A stretch of DNA of 64,000 nt from Candidatus Latescibacterota bacterium. GTDB lineage: Bacteria > Latescibacterota > UBA2968 > UBA8231. Each line of letters opens with the position of its first letter. Positions within the stretch are counted from its first letter, which is position 1. Below the pieces are notes generated by a model. The model saw nothing but the letters and a program-made list of their open reading frames with translations. It had not been told where the DNA came from and searched no databases. The stretch is from the NCBI GenBank assembly GCA_965217585.1, contig OZ244561.1, forward strand, positions 3,744,001 through 3,808,000. The letters run 5' to 3'. Position numbers and translations under genes: made by a program. Below, piece by piece: positions 19,701 through 28,635 of the stretch.

Positions 19701-20002
19701 CTGGGGAACTTATCATCGAGCTGGACGAGGAAATCGCCAGCCAGATTTACGACCGGGCCGTCGAGCACTACCAGCGGCAGGATTACCGCAAGGCCATCCA
19801 GCTCTATCAGGAGATTGCCGCGCAGTACCCCGCGACTTACACGGCCTTTGCGGCGCTGGGCAATATGGGGGTGGCGCTCGAAGACATAGGTGAGAAACAG
19901 CAAGCTGAACAGGCCTATAAACAGGTTATTGCGCGGGCCGGAGGTGATCCTGCATACGGGGAAGTCGTGGCCTTTGCCCGAGCCCGCTTGGGACACTTAT
20001 AG
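16742..20002 (+). CDS. Large exported TPR protein (BamD/CpoB-like repeats)
   Basis: 1086 aa, N-terminal hydrophobic segment, many TPRs with YP.S/FP.S turns (e.g. ALYDLGWSYFRMEDY, AQFTIGDYYYSIKDY). Confidence 0.85.
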   Translation: MFALFVLMVGLTLVGGGLTRFSLTVDEIKSRFDLAQKYYAAKDYENGVTIFKEIVETPNRVILEVDTITVEIDDLVLPVRIAATYQVGNSLRNVGLDLLARSNSAREEGDSLLAEQRRGEALEALKAAREHFSAIVADAGVPRNVRVMSQYQTVRVTYAMEDFPGVVEEVDQLLRQFPGNPYEEAALYDLGWSYFRMEDYLNSIATFERVLERSADAVRLDRALFQIAEAHSALAAYPEALFWYQKLVDKYDFSTLSAKDLRAMQTAKIRGVVQETTRELVAKAQIKLGDTYALQGREEQAITAYSLVPRRYPQEVFLVEQSYTRLARLILERRGLDEGIRAYEQAIQSSARKEFQATTQLQIARLLFEARRFQKAIMAYRVYLKAYGGVARIVGFTEEKVIFKIAEAHRERGLEMLKEDGGGAQGEFENALAHYDSLLAQYGASPLTPDAKFGKGVCYQGLKRPDSALVFFQDLVESHPSHLAVPSALLQIGRLLYQAGAYPGAAVTYERLIAQYPQSELIDDARVELGVVYKAQERLGEAVVILQQVSRDSPNWVKVRVEIGDMLTAAGRYEEAQDELDGAISLAGDDSEAMAALQYIKGKIAYSQKKYAEALPAFGLAIDTAANQQIISSGLFLRGLAHYEVGRRMDAAGDSLAGTRNFERSTQDMRRLLEVDISLQMRNIAYRTLGTAMTRLGRSEETIRYYAELIASTTDAQERVGFELLLLELYYDQRRFEEAIEVGEKLIREDFEDNDEMGYFLVERAYSILASAQLERKRYAEALAAAGVGLSRYPRSGERASMAFVIGLGHYFLQQYAEAVAGFVNYVEQFPRDRRQLEGCYYAAQCYQILGEYGKAATWFRRVLDQFGPSEYASEALFLCAENLYNALQFEAALNTYEELLADFPHSEYADDAMYSSAWALFELKRMEEGVQRMEQLVAGFTRSMHAPRAQFTIGDYYYSIKDYRRAQEGYRKLVDLSPESPEAGRAGELIIELDEEIASQIYDRAVEHYQRQDYRKAIQLYQEIAAQYPATYTAFAALGNMGVALEDIGEKQQAEQAYKQVIARAGGDPAYGEVVAFARARLGHL

Positions 20003-20016
20003 CGAGGAGCAGCATT

Positions 20017-20766
20017 GTGGGACAAAGACTAGGGCAGATTTGCGTTTGGGTTATCGCGGGCGCGGCCGTCCTCTTGCAGTACGGGTGTCTGACTCCTTTG
20101 GGTGCCGTGTACCACGTGGGTATGACGCCCCGGCTCGAGGTGGACGAAGGTTTTAGCATCGATCCGGTCGACGATGCCCTAGTGTTCAGCAAAGAGGGCC
20201 TGCAGGTCAAGGTGCGCTACCAGACCGATGGAGAGTTGAAATTCGAGATCCCCGGCCCTGAAAACCCGTATGTGTTCGAGGAAGTCGACTCTAGGCTGGG
20301 GTACCGGCCCAAGGCCTTCACGGTCTTCCAGGTCGAGGTGGTCAATCCCACCTTTGCCAAGGTCCGCCTAGATCCGGAGAAGGCCGCCTTGATCACCGAC
20401 CAGGGCAAGAGATTGGACAGTTATGCCATCAACCGCACCGATGCCAGAGGAGGGGTGCGCAACTTCGAGGCCTATTTCCTGGCCCGGGGAGTGCAAACGG
20501 GCAATGCCCAGAAGGTCTATCTGGAGCGCATGGGCAAGGTCCGCGAGACCATCTACCACCGCGATTCGCCGGTCTTCAAGGGGAGAACCTACAGCGGCAA
20601 AATCATCTTTGCAGCTATTCCCCCCGAGACCAAGCAGGTGGAGCTGGTTCTCTACGATTTCATCCTCGGCTTTGGCATCGACGACGAACCCACCGAAAGG
20701 GTTACCTTGCGATTTCCATTTTCCGTGGACCAAGGCGTGCGGAAATCCCCAACAGAAAGGAGGTGA
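20017..20766 (+). CDS. Hypothetical exported protein, possible lipoprotein
   Basis: Hydrophobic leader ending in imperfect lipobox LQYGC; RBS GAGGAG; beta-rich body. Confidence 0.65.
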   Translation: MGQRLGQICVWVIAGAAVLLQYGCLTPLGAVYHVGMTPRLEVDEGFSIDPVDDALVFSKEGLQVKVRYQTDGELKFEIPGPENPYVFEEVDSRLGYRPKAFTVFQVEVVNPTFAKVRLDPEKAALITDQGKRLDSYAINRTDARGGVRNFEAYFLARGVQTGNAQKVYLERMGKVRETIYHRDSPVFKGRTYSGKIIFAAIPPETKQVELVLYDFILGFGIDDEPTERVTLRFPFSVDQGVRKSPTERR

Positions 20767-20870
20767 TGTACAGTGCTTTGGTGGTTTCAGGGTGGGAATC
20801 ACAGGGAAGTTACTCTACACGAGGTAGAGGAGAACAACAGAAACACTCACTTTTTGGAGGAGGAATCATC

Positions 20871-21848
20871 ATGAGACGAATGCTCGTTTTGAGCTTGGGT
20901 GCATTGCTGGCATTCAGTGCCGTGGCTTTCGCCCAGGTTTCGAACAGTGCCCTGCAAGACGGCACCGAGTACATGGCGTTGATAGGACTCAGTGGCAAGC
21001 ACGATGTGCCCTACACCGACAGCCCGCCTACCCTCGACGGAGAGCTGTCACCAGGGGAGTGGGAAAACTACTTCTTTGTGGAGTTCGGCCCCTCTACCCT
21101 AGCCATGTGGGGCGATCAGATCGGCTACAAGAGGAACGACCCGGGTCAGGTCGTGGCCGATGGCCTAGTGAGCCAGCTGATCGAACACGCCGGCGGGTCG
21201 GAAGATCCGGCTGAAGTCGCTACCGACGCGGATCTGTATACCTTCACTTGGCAGGCCTGGGACGAGGAATACCTCTACGTCGCCGTAGACGTGACTGATA
21301 ATATCTACGACGTGGTGGGTACCCAGGACGGGGGTTACTGGGAGCGCGACGGATTTTTCATGGAGATCGACTTTCTCAACTCCCTCGGAAACGGTGCAGA
21401 CGCGGGGCCGGGCATGACTGCGCTAGCGTTCTCAGCCATGCCCATAGACAGCCAGCGGTATTCCATTACGTCCTGGAATTTCGGCATGTTCAGCACCGGC
21501 GGATCCGAGAATTTCACCTTCTTCTACGGTGACGACCCGGATCTGTTCATGGGTACCTCCAGCGCTTTCAGCCTTACCGATGTGGGCTATATCCTCGAAA
21601 CCCGCTCGTCCTGGGCCCACATGACGCGGCTGGTCCCCGAGGGGTTTTCGATCTTCAGCGGGTGGAACTTCGGCAACAGCTACCACATCCTCGACCCGGA
21701 TGGGGGCGGTGGCTATGGCGGCCAGTTCCAGTACGGCCGCAACGGGGATCCTTCCGATACGGGTGGATTCGCCCGCTGGAACTTGGTGGGCGGTTCCGTT
21801 ACAGCTATCGAGGCCACCACCTGGGGAGCGCTGAAGGAAACGTTCTAG
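20871..21848 (+). CDS. Secreted CBM9/DOMON-like sugar-binding protein with C-terminal TWGALK tail
   Basis: RBS GGAGGAGG before ATG 20871; signal peptide ending AFA; PTLDGELSPGEW, WDEEYLYVAVDVTD, WERDG, GYILE; ends TAIEATTWGALKETF. Confidence 0.75.
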   Translation: MRRMLVLSLGALLAFSAVAFAQVSNSALQDGTEYMALIGLSGKHDVPYTDSPPTLDGELSPGEWENYFFVEFGPSTLAMWGDQIGYKRNDPGQVVADGLVSQLIEHAGGSEDPAEVATDADLYTFTWQAWDEEYLYVAVDVTDNIYDVVGTQDGGYWERDGFFMEIDFLNSLGNGADAGPGMTALAFSAMPIDSQRYSITSWNFGMFSTGGSENFTFFYGDDPDLFMGTSSAFSLTDVGYILETRSSWAHMTRLVPEGFSIFSGWNFGNSYHILDPDGGGGYGGQFQYGRNGDPSDTGGFARWNLVGGSVTAIEATTWGALKETF

Positions 21849-21887
21849 TTCTAGTAGGGTACTTAATTCTTTCGGAGATAAGGAAGG

Positions 21888-21943
21888 TCTCCGGTTTGAC
21901 AGGAGAGGTTGCCGGGGCCGGTTGGGTCCCGGCAACCCGGAGA
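21888..21943 (+). terminator. GC-rich stem-loop after the CBM9-like gene (terminator, attenuator or mRNA-stabilising hairpin)
   Basis: GGTTGCCGGGGCC (21907-21919) pairs with GGTCCCGGCAACC (21925-21937); outer TCTCCGG/CCGGAGA; only a short U run follows. Confidence 0.55.
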
Positions 21944-21970
21944 TTTCGACGGGTTTAAAGAGGTTTAAGC

Positions 21971-23269
21971 ATGAGAGAAAAATTCGGGGTACTGCCTTCG
22001 TACTACCGGGAATTCGCCATCGGGATTGCGCTGTCCTTGGGGCTGCACTTGGGGGTTATGGGGCTTTACAGCCTGCTGCAGGAAAAGGTCGAGGAGGTGA
22101 TTCAGCGCATCACCTTTGAAAAGCCCCCGCCGCCCGGTTTCTTTGTAAAACCCCCGACTGCAACCACAAAGGTCCTGGAATTTCGCAAAGTGCCCGTGCC
22201 CCAGGGTCACTTTCTGCGCCAGAGGACGCAGACCACCACGCAGACGAGGGTGGAACAGGTGCAGGCCTTAGCCGCGCTGCGGACCGATGCAGTGGTGGAG
22301 CAACTAGAGGTGGCGGAGGTGACGCCGGCGGTGATGCGGCACCAGGGACGCTTGGGGGTGCGCGGGGATGTCGGGGCCGTGGCCAGAGGTATGGTGGGGC
22401 TGGGCCTTCCCGAACCAGCGCTGCAGGTGGCCGCGGTACAGGGGGTGAAAGAGGCGCGACACCAGGTGGACATGCAGCTAGACATGCTGAGCGTGAAGCA
22501 CCTAGATACCGGCCAGTACCAGGCCATGGTCATCCAAGATCCCAACCAGCGCCGCAAGGTGAAAGGGTTCCTGCACATTGCCCAGGCATACAGCGTGCAC
22601 TATACCCTCACCAACCACACGGATGTGACTTTGCCGCAATTGGACGTGCTCATCAAAACCCTGAAGGAGTACACCGGTATTGAAGCCGATTATGTAGGAT
22701 CTATTCCCCTGGCCGATCCGCAACTTTTGCAGATTCCCTGGTTGCTCCTGACCAAAGTATCCAGTCGCGACATAGGTGATGTAGAACTAGAAAACTTGGG
22801 GCGCTATCTGGCCGGCGGTGGGTTCGTCCTGAGTACCCTTTCCGCCAACAGCGGCTCGAATGCAGTGCTCAAGCGCAAGACGGGTATTTTCGATATTTTG
22901 CGTCGGGCCATGAAAACACAGGCCCTGAACGAGGGAGCGGACTGGCGCTTTGTGGTTCTCGAATCGGACCATCCGATCTACCACTCCTTCTTCGATTTCG
23001 ACACCTCGGTACGCGCCAATCAGATGAGTCAGCATTCGGAAGCCAATCCCCTGCCCAAAGATCTGGGACTCGAGATCGGAGAGCGCCTAGCGGTTTTTCT
23101 CAACTCCGGTCCCCAGGTAGAAGGTGGAAGGGGCAGTCTCGGAGAACAAAGTACCCATCAGGTGAAAGCCGATGCCACGCGGGCATTGCAATTCACGCTC
23201 AACACCATTGTATTCGCGCTCACTCAGGAGGGCTCAGTGACCCAGCAACTCATGACTGGTGTGCGATAA
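21971..23269 (+). CDS. DUF4159-type protein with TonB-like N-terminus (TM with SxxxH, Pro-rich linker)
   Basis: TM ALSLGLHLGV, then EKPPPPG..KPP..; C-terminal domain with NLGRYLAGGGFV, DHPIYHSFFDF, NTIVFALT typical of DUF4159. Confidence 0.7.
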   Translation: MREKFGVLPSYYREFAIGIALSLGLHLGVMGLYSLLQEKVEEVIQRITFEKPPPPGFFVKPPTATTKVLEFRKVPVPQGHFLRQRTQTTTQTRVEQVQALAALRTDAVVEQLEVAEVTPAVMRHQGRLGVRGDVGAVARGMVGLGLPEPALQVAAVQGVKEARHQVDMQLDMLSVKHLDTGQYQAMVIQDPNQRRKVKGFLHIAQAYSVHYTLTNHTDVTLPQLDVLIKTLKEYTGIEADYVGSIPLADPQLLQIPWLLLTKVSSRDIGDVELENLGRYLAGGGFVLSTLSANSGSNAVLKRKTGIFDILRRAMKTQALNEGADWRFVVLESDHPIYHSFFDFDTSVRANQMSQHSEANPLPKDLGLEIGERLAVFLNSGPQVEGGRGSLGEQSTHQVKADATRALQFTLNTIVFALTQEGSVTQQLMTGVR

Positions 23270-23325
23270 GAGAGGGAAGGTATAAAAGTCACCTGCTGCG
23301 CAGTTCAGATGCGAATGGCTCAAGG

Positions 23326-25302
23326 ATGGAAAAGGGGATTACACTGCGGGCCCTGATTGCGGGGGTCTTCATGGCTGCTGCCATCGGGGCTGGAGCCGCC
23401 TATGAAAACCTGATGATCTCCGGCTCCACCATGAATTTCGATTACAGCATGGGCGCGGCCATTTTCTTTTTTGCGCTGTTCGTGCTGCTGGTCAACCCGG
23501 CACTGAGGCGCGTCCATCCGTCCTGGTCTTTCAGCCGCAGTGAACTGGCGACCCTGTACATCATGGCCATGGTGGCCTGCGTGCTGCCCACCAATGGCTT
23601 GGTCGGATTGTTGATTCCGGCTATTTCGGGAGGAAGCTATTACGCGACCCCGGAGAACAACTGGCTCGAATACATAATACCCAATATCGAGCCGGGATTA
23701 CTGGTCGTGGATTCGCAGGGCATCAAGGGATTCTACGAAGGCCTGTCCGAAGGCGAATCAATCCCGTGGGGTTTGTGGTTCCAGCCTTTGCTCTACTGGT
23801 CGATGCTGCTAGTGGGTTTCTTCGGCACCGTGATCGCGCTGATGCTTCTGCTACGCCGCCAGTGGGTGGTCAACGAACGCCTGCTCTATCCACTGGTACA
23901 GGTGCCCATCGCCATGATCGGCGAGGAAAGCGGGGTCCGGATTGGAAGCACGCCCTTGTTCAGGCGGTGGATGTTCTGGGGGGGCGTGATGATTCCGGTT
24001 TTGATGTACAGTCTAAAAGCGCTGCACAACTACTACCCGGCCGTCCCGATTGGGTTGCCGACATTCATACACGTGGGTTTTGCCAACGATGCCGTGGTGA
24101 TACCCTTCGGGATCAATTACGCCGGTATTGGTTTCGGTTATTTGCTGACCACCAAGCTGAGTTTTTCGATATGGGTGATAGCCTTGATGACCATAATCGA
24201 AGAAGTCGTTTTGATGCGGATTGGACTGTTCAGCAGCGAGCGCTTGATATACAACACCAGCCCGGCCGTTTATCCGGCCTACCAAGGGGTGGGTGCCTTG
24301 CTGGTGTTTTCCCTTTTTGTGATCTGGATGGCTCGGTCTCATCTGCGCGAGGTGTTCTACGTGGCCTGGAAGGGAAAAAGAAGAGAGAGCGTGGAAGAGT
24401 CCGGTAACAGTGAATATGGGAGGAAAAGGGAGGATGAGATTCTCTCCTATCGTTCCACCTGTGTGTTACTGCTGCTGAGCCTGATGTTGATGACCGGCTG
24501 GCTGGTGGGCGTCGGGTTGAGTTGGTGGGCGGCCATCCTCTTTATCGTGATATTCTTCTTGATGATGCTCGGAATCACCCGCATCGTGGTAGAGGGAGGG
24601 CTGGCCGTAAGCCGGATTCCAATCATTCCGAGCGATGTTGTGGTGGGTGTGGTCGGGAGTGGCAACCTCGGAGCGGCCAACCTCGGGGTCCTAGGGTTGA
24701 CCTTTCCATGGGCGGGCGAGATGCGCACCTCGGTGATGGCGGCTCTGGCACACGGTTTGAAGCTGGTGGAAATTCACGTCAAGAAGCAGCGCCAGCGCCT
24801 GATCCTGGCCGTGGTTCTGGCCATCGGTATATCCATCGGCTGCGCTGCCTTTACCATGCTGCTCCTGGGATATAGCTACGGGGCGATCAACCTGAGCGCG
24901 CACTGGTTTTTCGGCAGCACGGCCGGAGGGCGGGTCTTTGATTTTATCGCCTACCACCTCGCCCAGGACAGCGGGCCCCGGTGGGATAGCCTAAGCTTTG
25001 TCGGAATAGGCGCAGTAATTCAGTTGTTGTTGATGCTGGCCCACCAGCGCCTGACTTGGTGGCCGCTGCACCCGCTGAGTTTTCCGATCGGGGCTATCTG
25101 GTGTACCCATCAGGTGATGGCCAGCATGTTGATCGCCTGGGTGGCAAAGACGACGGCTCTGCACTACGGGGGGGGGCGGCTCTACAATACCACCAAACCA
25201 CTTTTCTTGGGTTTGATTCTCGGACAGTACCTCACTGGAGGACTCTGGCTCATAATCGATGGATTCACGGGTAAACAGGCGAATTACCTGTTCTTCTGGT
25301 GA
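23326..25302 (+). CDS. DUF6785/DUF6784-type polytopic membrane protein (putative permease)
   Basis: 658 aa; YYATPENNW, RRQWVVNERLLYPL, WWPLHPL. Confidence 0.8.
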   Translation: MEKGITLRALIAGVFMAAAIGAGAAYENLMISGSTMNFDYSMGAAIFFFALFVLLVNPALRRVHPSWSFSRSELATLYIMAMVACVLPTNGLVGLLIPAISGGSYYATPENNWLEYIIPNIEPGLLVVDSQGIKGFYEGLSEGESIPWGLWFQPLLYWSMLLVGFFGTVIALMLLLRRQWVVNERLLYPLVQVPIAMIGEESGVRIGSTPLFRRWMFWGGVMIPVLMYSLKALHNYYPAVPIGLPTFIHVGFANDAVVIPFGINYAGIGFGYLLTTKLSFSIWVIALMTIIEEVVLMRIGLFSSERLIYNTSPAVYPAYQGVGALLVFSLFVIWMARSHLREVFYVAWKGKRRESVEESGNSEYGRKREDEILSYRSTCVLLLLSLMLMTGWLVGVGLSWWAAILFIVIFFLMMLGITRIVVEGGLAVSRIPIIPSDVVVGVVGSGNLGAANLGVLGLTFPWAGEMRTSVMAALAHGLKLVEIHVKKQRQRLILAVVLAIGISIGCAAFTMLLLGYSYGAINLSAHWFFGSTAGGRVFDFIAYHLAQDSGPRWDSLSFVGIGAVIQLLLMLAHQRLTWWPLHPLSFPIGAIWCTHQVMASMLIAWVAKTTALHYGGGRLYNTTKPLFLGLILGQYLTGGLWLIIDGFTGKQANYLFFW

Positions 25303-25366
25303 GCCGGGCATGATACGGGGTAGGGAAACTCGCCATTTTCTCGCGCTAGCATAGGAGGATGCCTGT

Positions 25367-26053
25367 ATGGAATTTACGCTTTTGGGACTGTGGCAATCCA
25401 TGGGGCTGGCTGCAAAAACAGTGGTTGTAATTCTGGCGTTCCTGTCGGTTTACTCCATCGCCATCATGCTGGAGCGCGGCTTCTTGCTGCGCCGGACCCG
25501 GCAGCAATCCGGTGCCTTTGCCGAGTTGGTGGATACAGCGGAACGGCTAAGCATCGACGAGGTCATGGCCTTGGCCAGCGATCCGGAGCGCGGCAAGAAT
25601 TGCTATCTGGGCCAGGTAGTGCTCGAAGCTTTGCAGGAGTCCAAGTTGCTCCTGGACCAGGGCCATGATGCGGCCGCGGTCCTAGAAACCGCCCAGGCCG
25701 CCGTGACCCGCTCCATCACCATGACCGTGGCCATTCTGCGCAAGCGGCTGGTGCAACTGGCCAGCACCGCCTCTGGAGCGCCCTTCTTGGGTCTGTTCGG
25801 CACGGTTCTGGGCCTGATCCGCGCCTTCCAGACCATCGCCACCACCGGCTCGGGGGGAATCACTTCGGTCTCCGCCGGTATTGCCGAAGCCCTGATTACC
25901 ACCCTAGTAGGCCTGTTCGTAGCCATTCCCGCCCTGTGGGCGCACAATCTCATCGCCGACCGCATCGATACCCTGGTAGTGGAACTGGACAGTACGGCAA
26001 CGCGGGTGGTGGAGCGGTTGCTGAGACAAGAATTGAGCGAGCGGAACGGCTGA
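25367..26053 (+). CDS. exbB: MotA/TolQ/ExbB proton channel protein
   Basis: APFLGLFGTVLGLIRAF and GIAEALITTLVGLFVAIPA motifs. Confidence 0.9.
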   Translation: MEFTLLGLWQSMGLAAKTVVVILAFLSVYSIAIMLERGFLLRRTRQQSGAFAELVDTAERLSIDEVMALASDPERGKNCYLGQVVLEALQESKLLLDQGHDAAAVLETAQAAVTRSITMTVAILRKRLVQLASTASGAPFLGLFGTVLGLIRAFQTIATTGSGGITSVSAGIAEALITTLVGLFVAIPALWAHNLIADRIDTLVVELDSTATRVVERLLRQELSERNG

Positions 26054-26066
26054 AAGGAGATATGCG

Positions 26067-26480
26067 ATGGCCTATCGGCCCGACTGGAACCGGCGCGGTG
26101 CCGGCATAGATATGACGCCTCTAGTGAACGTGGCCCTCATCCTGTTGATCGTCTTCATGGTGGTGACACCCATGATCCGCCAGGGCATCCAAGTGAACCT
26201 GCCGCCGGCCGAGCACGGCAGGGACTCGTCGCGCGCCAAGGAGAACCAGGTGGTGGTGTCCATCCGCGCCAACGGGGAGTTGTTCGTGGATCTGAAAAGG
26301 GTTTCCAAGCAGAATCTGGAGCGGGCCCTAGCGCAGGTGTATCGCGGCAAGGAAGAGATGCCGATCGTCATCAAAGGCGACAAGATCCTGGACTATGGCG
26401 ACGTGCTCGATGTGATGCACGCCTGTCGCAAGATCGGGGCCGCGGGCGTGGATCTGATGGCGATGAAACCCGGAGGTTAG
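26067..26480 (+). CDS. exbD: ExbD/TolR family protein (TM Asp replaced by Asn)
   Basis: IDMTPLVNVALILLIVFMVVTP, VNLP, IKGDK..YGDV..VM. Confidence 0.85.
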   Translation: MAYRPDWNRRGAGIDMTPLVNVALILLIVFMVVTPMIRQGIQVNLPPAEHGRDSSRAKENQVVVSIRANGELFVDLKRVSKQNLERALAQVYRGKEEMPIVIKGDKILDYGDVLDVMHACRKIGAAGVDLMAMKPGG

Positions 26481-26516
26481 CTCCTCCAGCAGGAGCTATA
26501 AAAAAAGGACATCACT

Positions 26517-26921
26517 ATGGCGGTAAATCCCTGGGCAAAGAGCAGCAAGTTCAGTTCGGATATCAACGTCACTCCCCTAGCCGATGTCACGCTGTCCCTG
26601 CTGATCCTTTTTCTGGTGATCACCCCGCTCATCCTCTATTCCTTCACCGCCGATCTGCCGCGGGCAGATCGCGGGGGAGTGGCCGGTCAAGTCGAGCAGG
26701 AGGTGGTGGTAAAGGTCACGGATGACAATGTGATTCAACTCAATGGCAAAGAGATGTCGGAGGAGGAGTTCGCCGAGGGTTTGCTGGAATTGTTTCCCGC
26801 GGAAACCTCCCGGGAGCGCAAGGTGATCTTCGACGGCGGCAGGAAGGCGCGCTACGAGAAGGTGATCCGCGTGATGGACATCCTCAGAAAACAGGGCATT
26901 GAGGCGGTCGGGGTGCGGTAG
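26517..26921 (+). CDS. exbD: ExbD/TolR family protein
   Basis: INVTPLADVTLSLLILFLVITP, YEKVIRVMD. Confidence 0.9.
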   Translation: MAVNPWAKSSKFSSDINVTPLADVTLSLLILFLVITPLILYSFTADLPRADRGGVAGQVEQEVVVKVTDDNVIQLNGKEMSEEEFAEGLLELFPAETSRERKVIFDGGRKARYEKVIRVMDILRKQGIEAVGVR

Positions 26922-26934
26922 AAGGTAGAGCGCA

Positions 26935-28563
26935 ATGAGATTCACCGGAGCGGTCGTGCTGGGATGTGGGCTCGTCGCGGTCACCCTAGGTGCCTGCGGT
27001 GAGCCCGGGGAGCGCATCGTGGTCGAAGTCGGTGGGCGCGGGACCACGGTGAGAGAATTCGATGCCCTAGCGGCCAGACTGCAGGAGGAATACCAGGGCA
27101 GCGAAAGAGACCGGACGGCGTTCCGCAAGCAGGTCCTGGACATGGTGGTGGCGCGCCAGCTCCTGCTTTTAGAGGGGGAGGCGCGCGGCCTGGATCAGGA
27201 TGCAGAGGTGCAGGCCGAACTGGAGCGCTACGAACGGGAATTGTTGATTCAGGCGATGTACGATCGGCAGATCTACCGGGACATCGAGCCGATCCGGGAG
27301 GAAATCGAGGCCCTCTACCGCGAGCGCGGGGCGGGCGAACAAGTGCGGGCGAGTCACATCCTCTGTGCTACCCAGGAGGAAGCCGAAAAGGTGCTGGAGG
27401 AACTCGGGCAGGGCACGGCTTTTGAGGAACTGGCCAGAAAGGTGTCCATTCACCGGATGAGCGCGCCGGGGGGGGGGGACATGGGGTATATGAGAAAAGA
27501 AGAACTCCTGCCGCAGCTGCGGGAAGCGGTGTGGAATGCCCGACCCGGGGAACTCCTGCCGCGGCCTTTCAAGACCAGACTCGGCTATCACGTGGTCAAG
27601 GTGGTGGACCACACAACCCGTTCCCTCGAGGAACTGGAAAAACACCTGATGGGGGAAATCGCGCACAGCAAGCGGGATTCGAGCAAACGGGCCTTTGCGG
27701 CTGCGCTGAGGGCGCGCTACAGATTCCGCTGGCACGGGGCTGTGGCGCAGGGGCTAGTCGCAGGTGAGATCAGTGCGTCCCAGACGCCGGAGCGCCTTAT
27801 CGCGGAGTGGTCGGGGGGCGGTATGACGGTCGAGGACTACATCCAGCGGATCCAGCGCTACAGCGTCCGGCGGACCCTCGAGGATACGGTCGTAGCGCGC
27901 CAGAGGGGTGAGGAGGTGGTGTTAGACGATCTCCTAGTGGCCGAAGCTCGCGGGCAAAACTACGACAAAATTCCGACCATCGTGCACGCTGTGGAGGGGA
28001 AGAAAACCGCACTGCTGGCCGAGAGGCTGTTCGAGATTGAGGTGGGGAGCCGGGCGACGGTCAGTCGGGACTCCCTGAAGAGATTCCACCAGAAGCACCG
28101 GCAGAACTACAGGCACCATCCCGAAATCTACATCCAGGAAATCCTAGTGGACGACCAGGCTCTGGCGGATTCGCTGCGGCATCTCCTCCTAGGTGGGGCC
28201 GATATGGATTCTCTTGCCCGCCAGTACACCCAGCGGCGGTGGGCGCGCGCCAGAGGGGGTCATTTCGGTCCCCTGACAGGTAGCTCGCTGGGGTACCGGC
28301 CGATCTTGTCCAGGGCCCTCAGGGCCGCAATCGGGGTGCTCCAGGGACCGCTGCGGGCCAGTGGCGGGTACTCCCTGTTCCGGGTGACGAAGCGGGAAGA
28401 AGTCGGAGAGAGCCGTTTCGAAGAGGCCGAGGAACGGGTGCGCCAGGACCTGCGGGAACGCAGCATGGATCGTTTTATCCAGGCGCTCAGACAGCGTTAT
28501 GCGGCTCGCATACACATAGATCAGGAGGTACTGGCGGCGACGCTGGGGGGCATGGATGAATGA
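26935..28563 (+). CDS. Parvulin-type PPIase lipoprotein (SurA/PrsA-like)
   Basis: Lipobox LGAC; VRASHIL, FEELARKVS, GGDMGY, GYHVVKV; second parvulin domain. Confidence 0.88.
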   Translation: MRFTGAVVLGCGLVAVTLGACGEPGERIVVEVGGRGTTVREFDALAARLQEEYQGSERDRTAFRKQVLDMVVARQLLLLEGEARGLDQDAEVQAELERYERELLIQAMYDRQIYRDIEPIREEIEALYRERGAGEQVRASHILCATQEEAEKVLEELGQGTAFEELARKVSIHRMSAPGGGDMGYMRKEELLPQLREAVWNARPGELLPRPFKTRLGYHVVKVVDHTTRSLEELEKHLMGEIAHSKRDSSKRAFAAALRARYRFRWHGAVAQGLVAGEISASQTPERLIAEWSGGGMTVEDYIQRIQRYSVRRTLEDTVVARQRGEEVVLDDLLVAEARGQNYDKIPTIVHAVEGKKTALLAERLFEIEVGSRATVSRDSLKRFHQKHRQNYRHHPEIYIQEILVDDQALADSLRHLLLGGADMDSLARQYTQRRWARARGGHFGPLTGSSLGYRPILSRALRAAIGVLQGPLRASGGYSLFRVTKREEVGESRFEEAEERVRQDLRERSMDRFIQALRQRYAARIHIDQEVLAATLGGMDE

Positions 28564-28635
28564 AGAGACCGGGAGGAACTGGTTGGCCTCCACGGGAAGC
28601 CGGCCGGCATCGCAGCTCGGCGAAAGGAACCCGAT

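Noticed and set aside
25367-26921. Standard Tol-Pal operon
   Set aside because: No tolB or pal is recognisable, and there are two ExbD/TolR copies.
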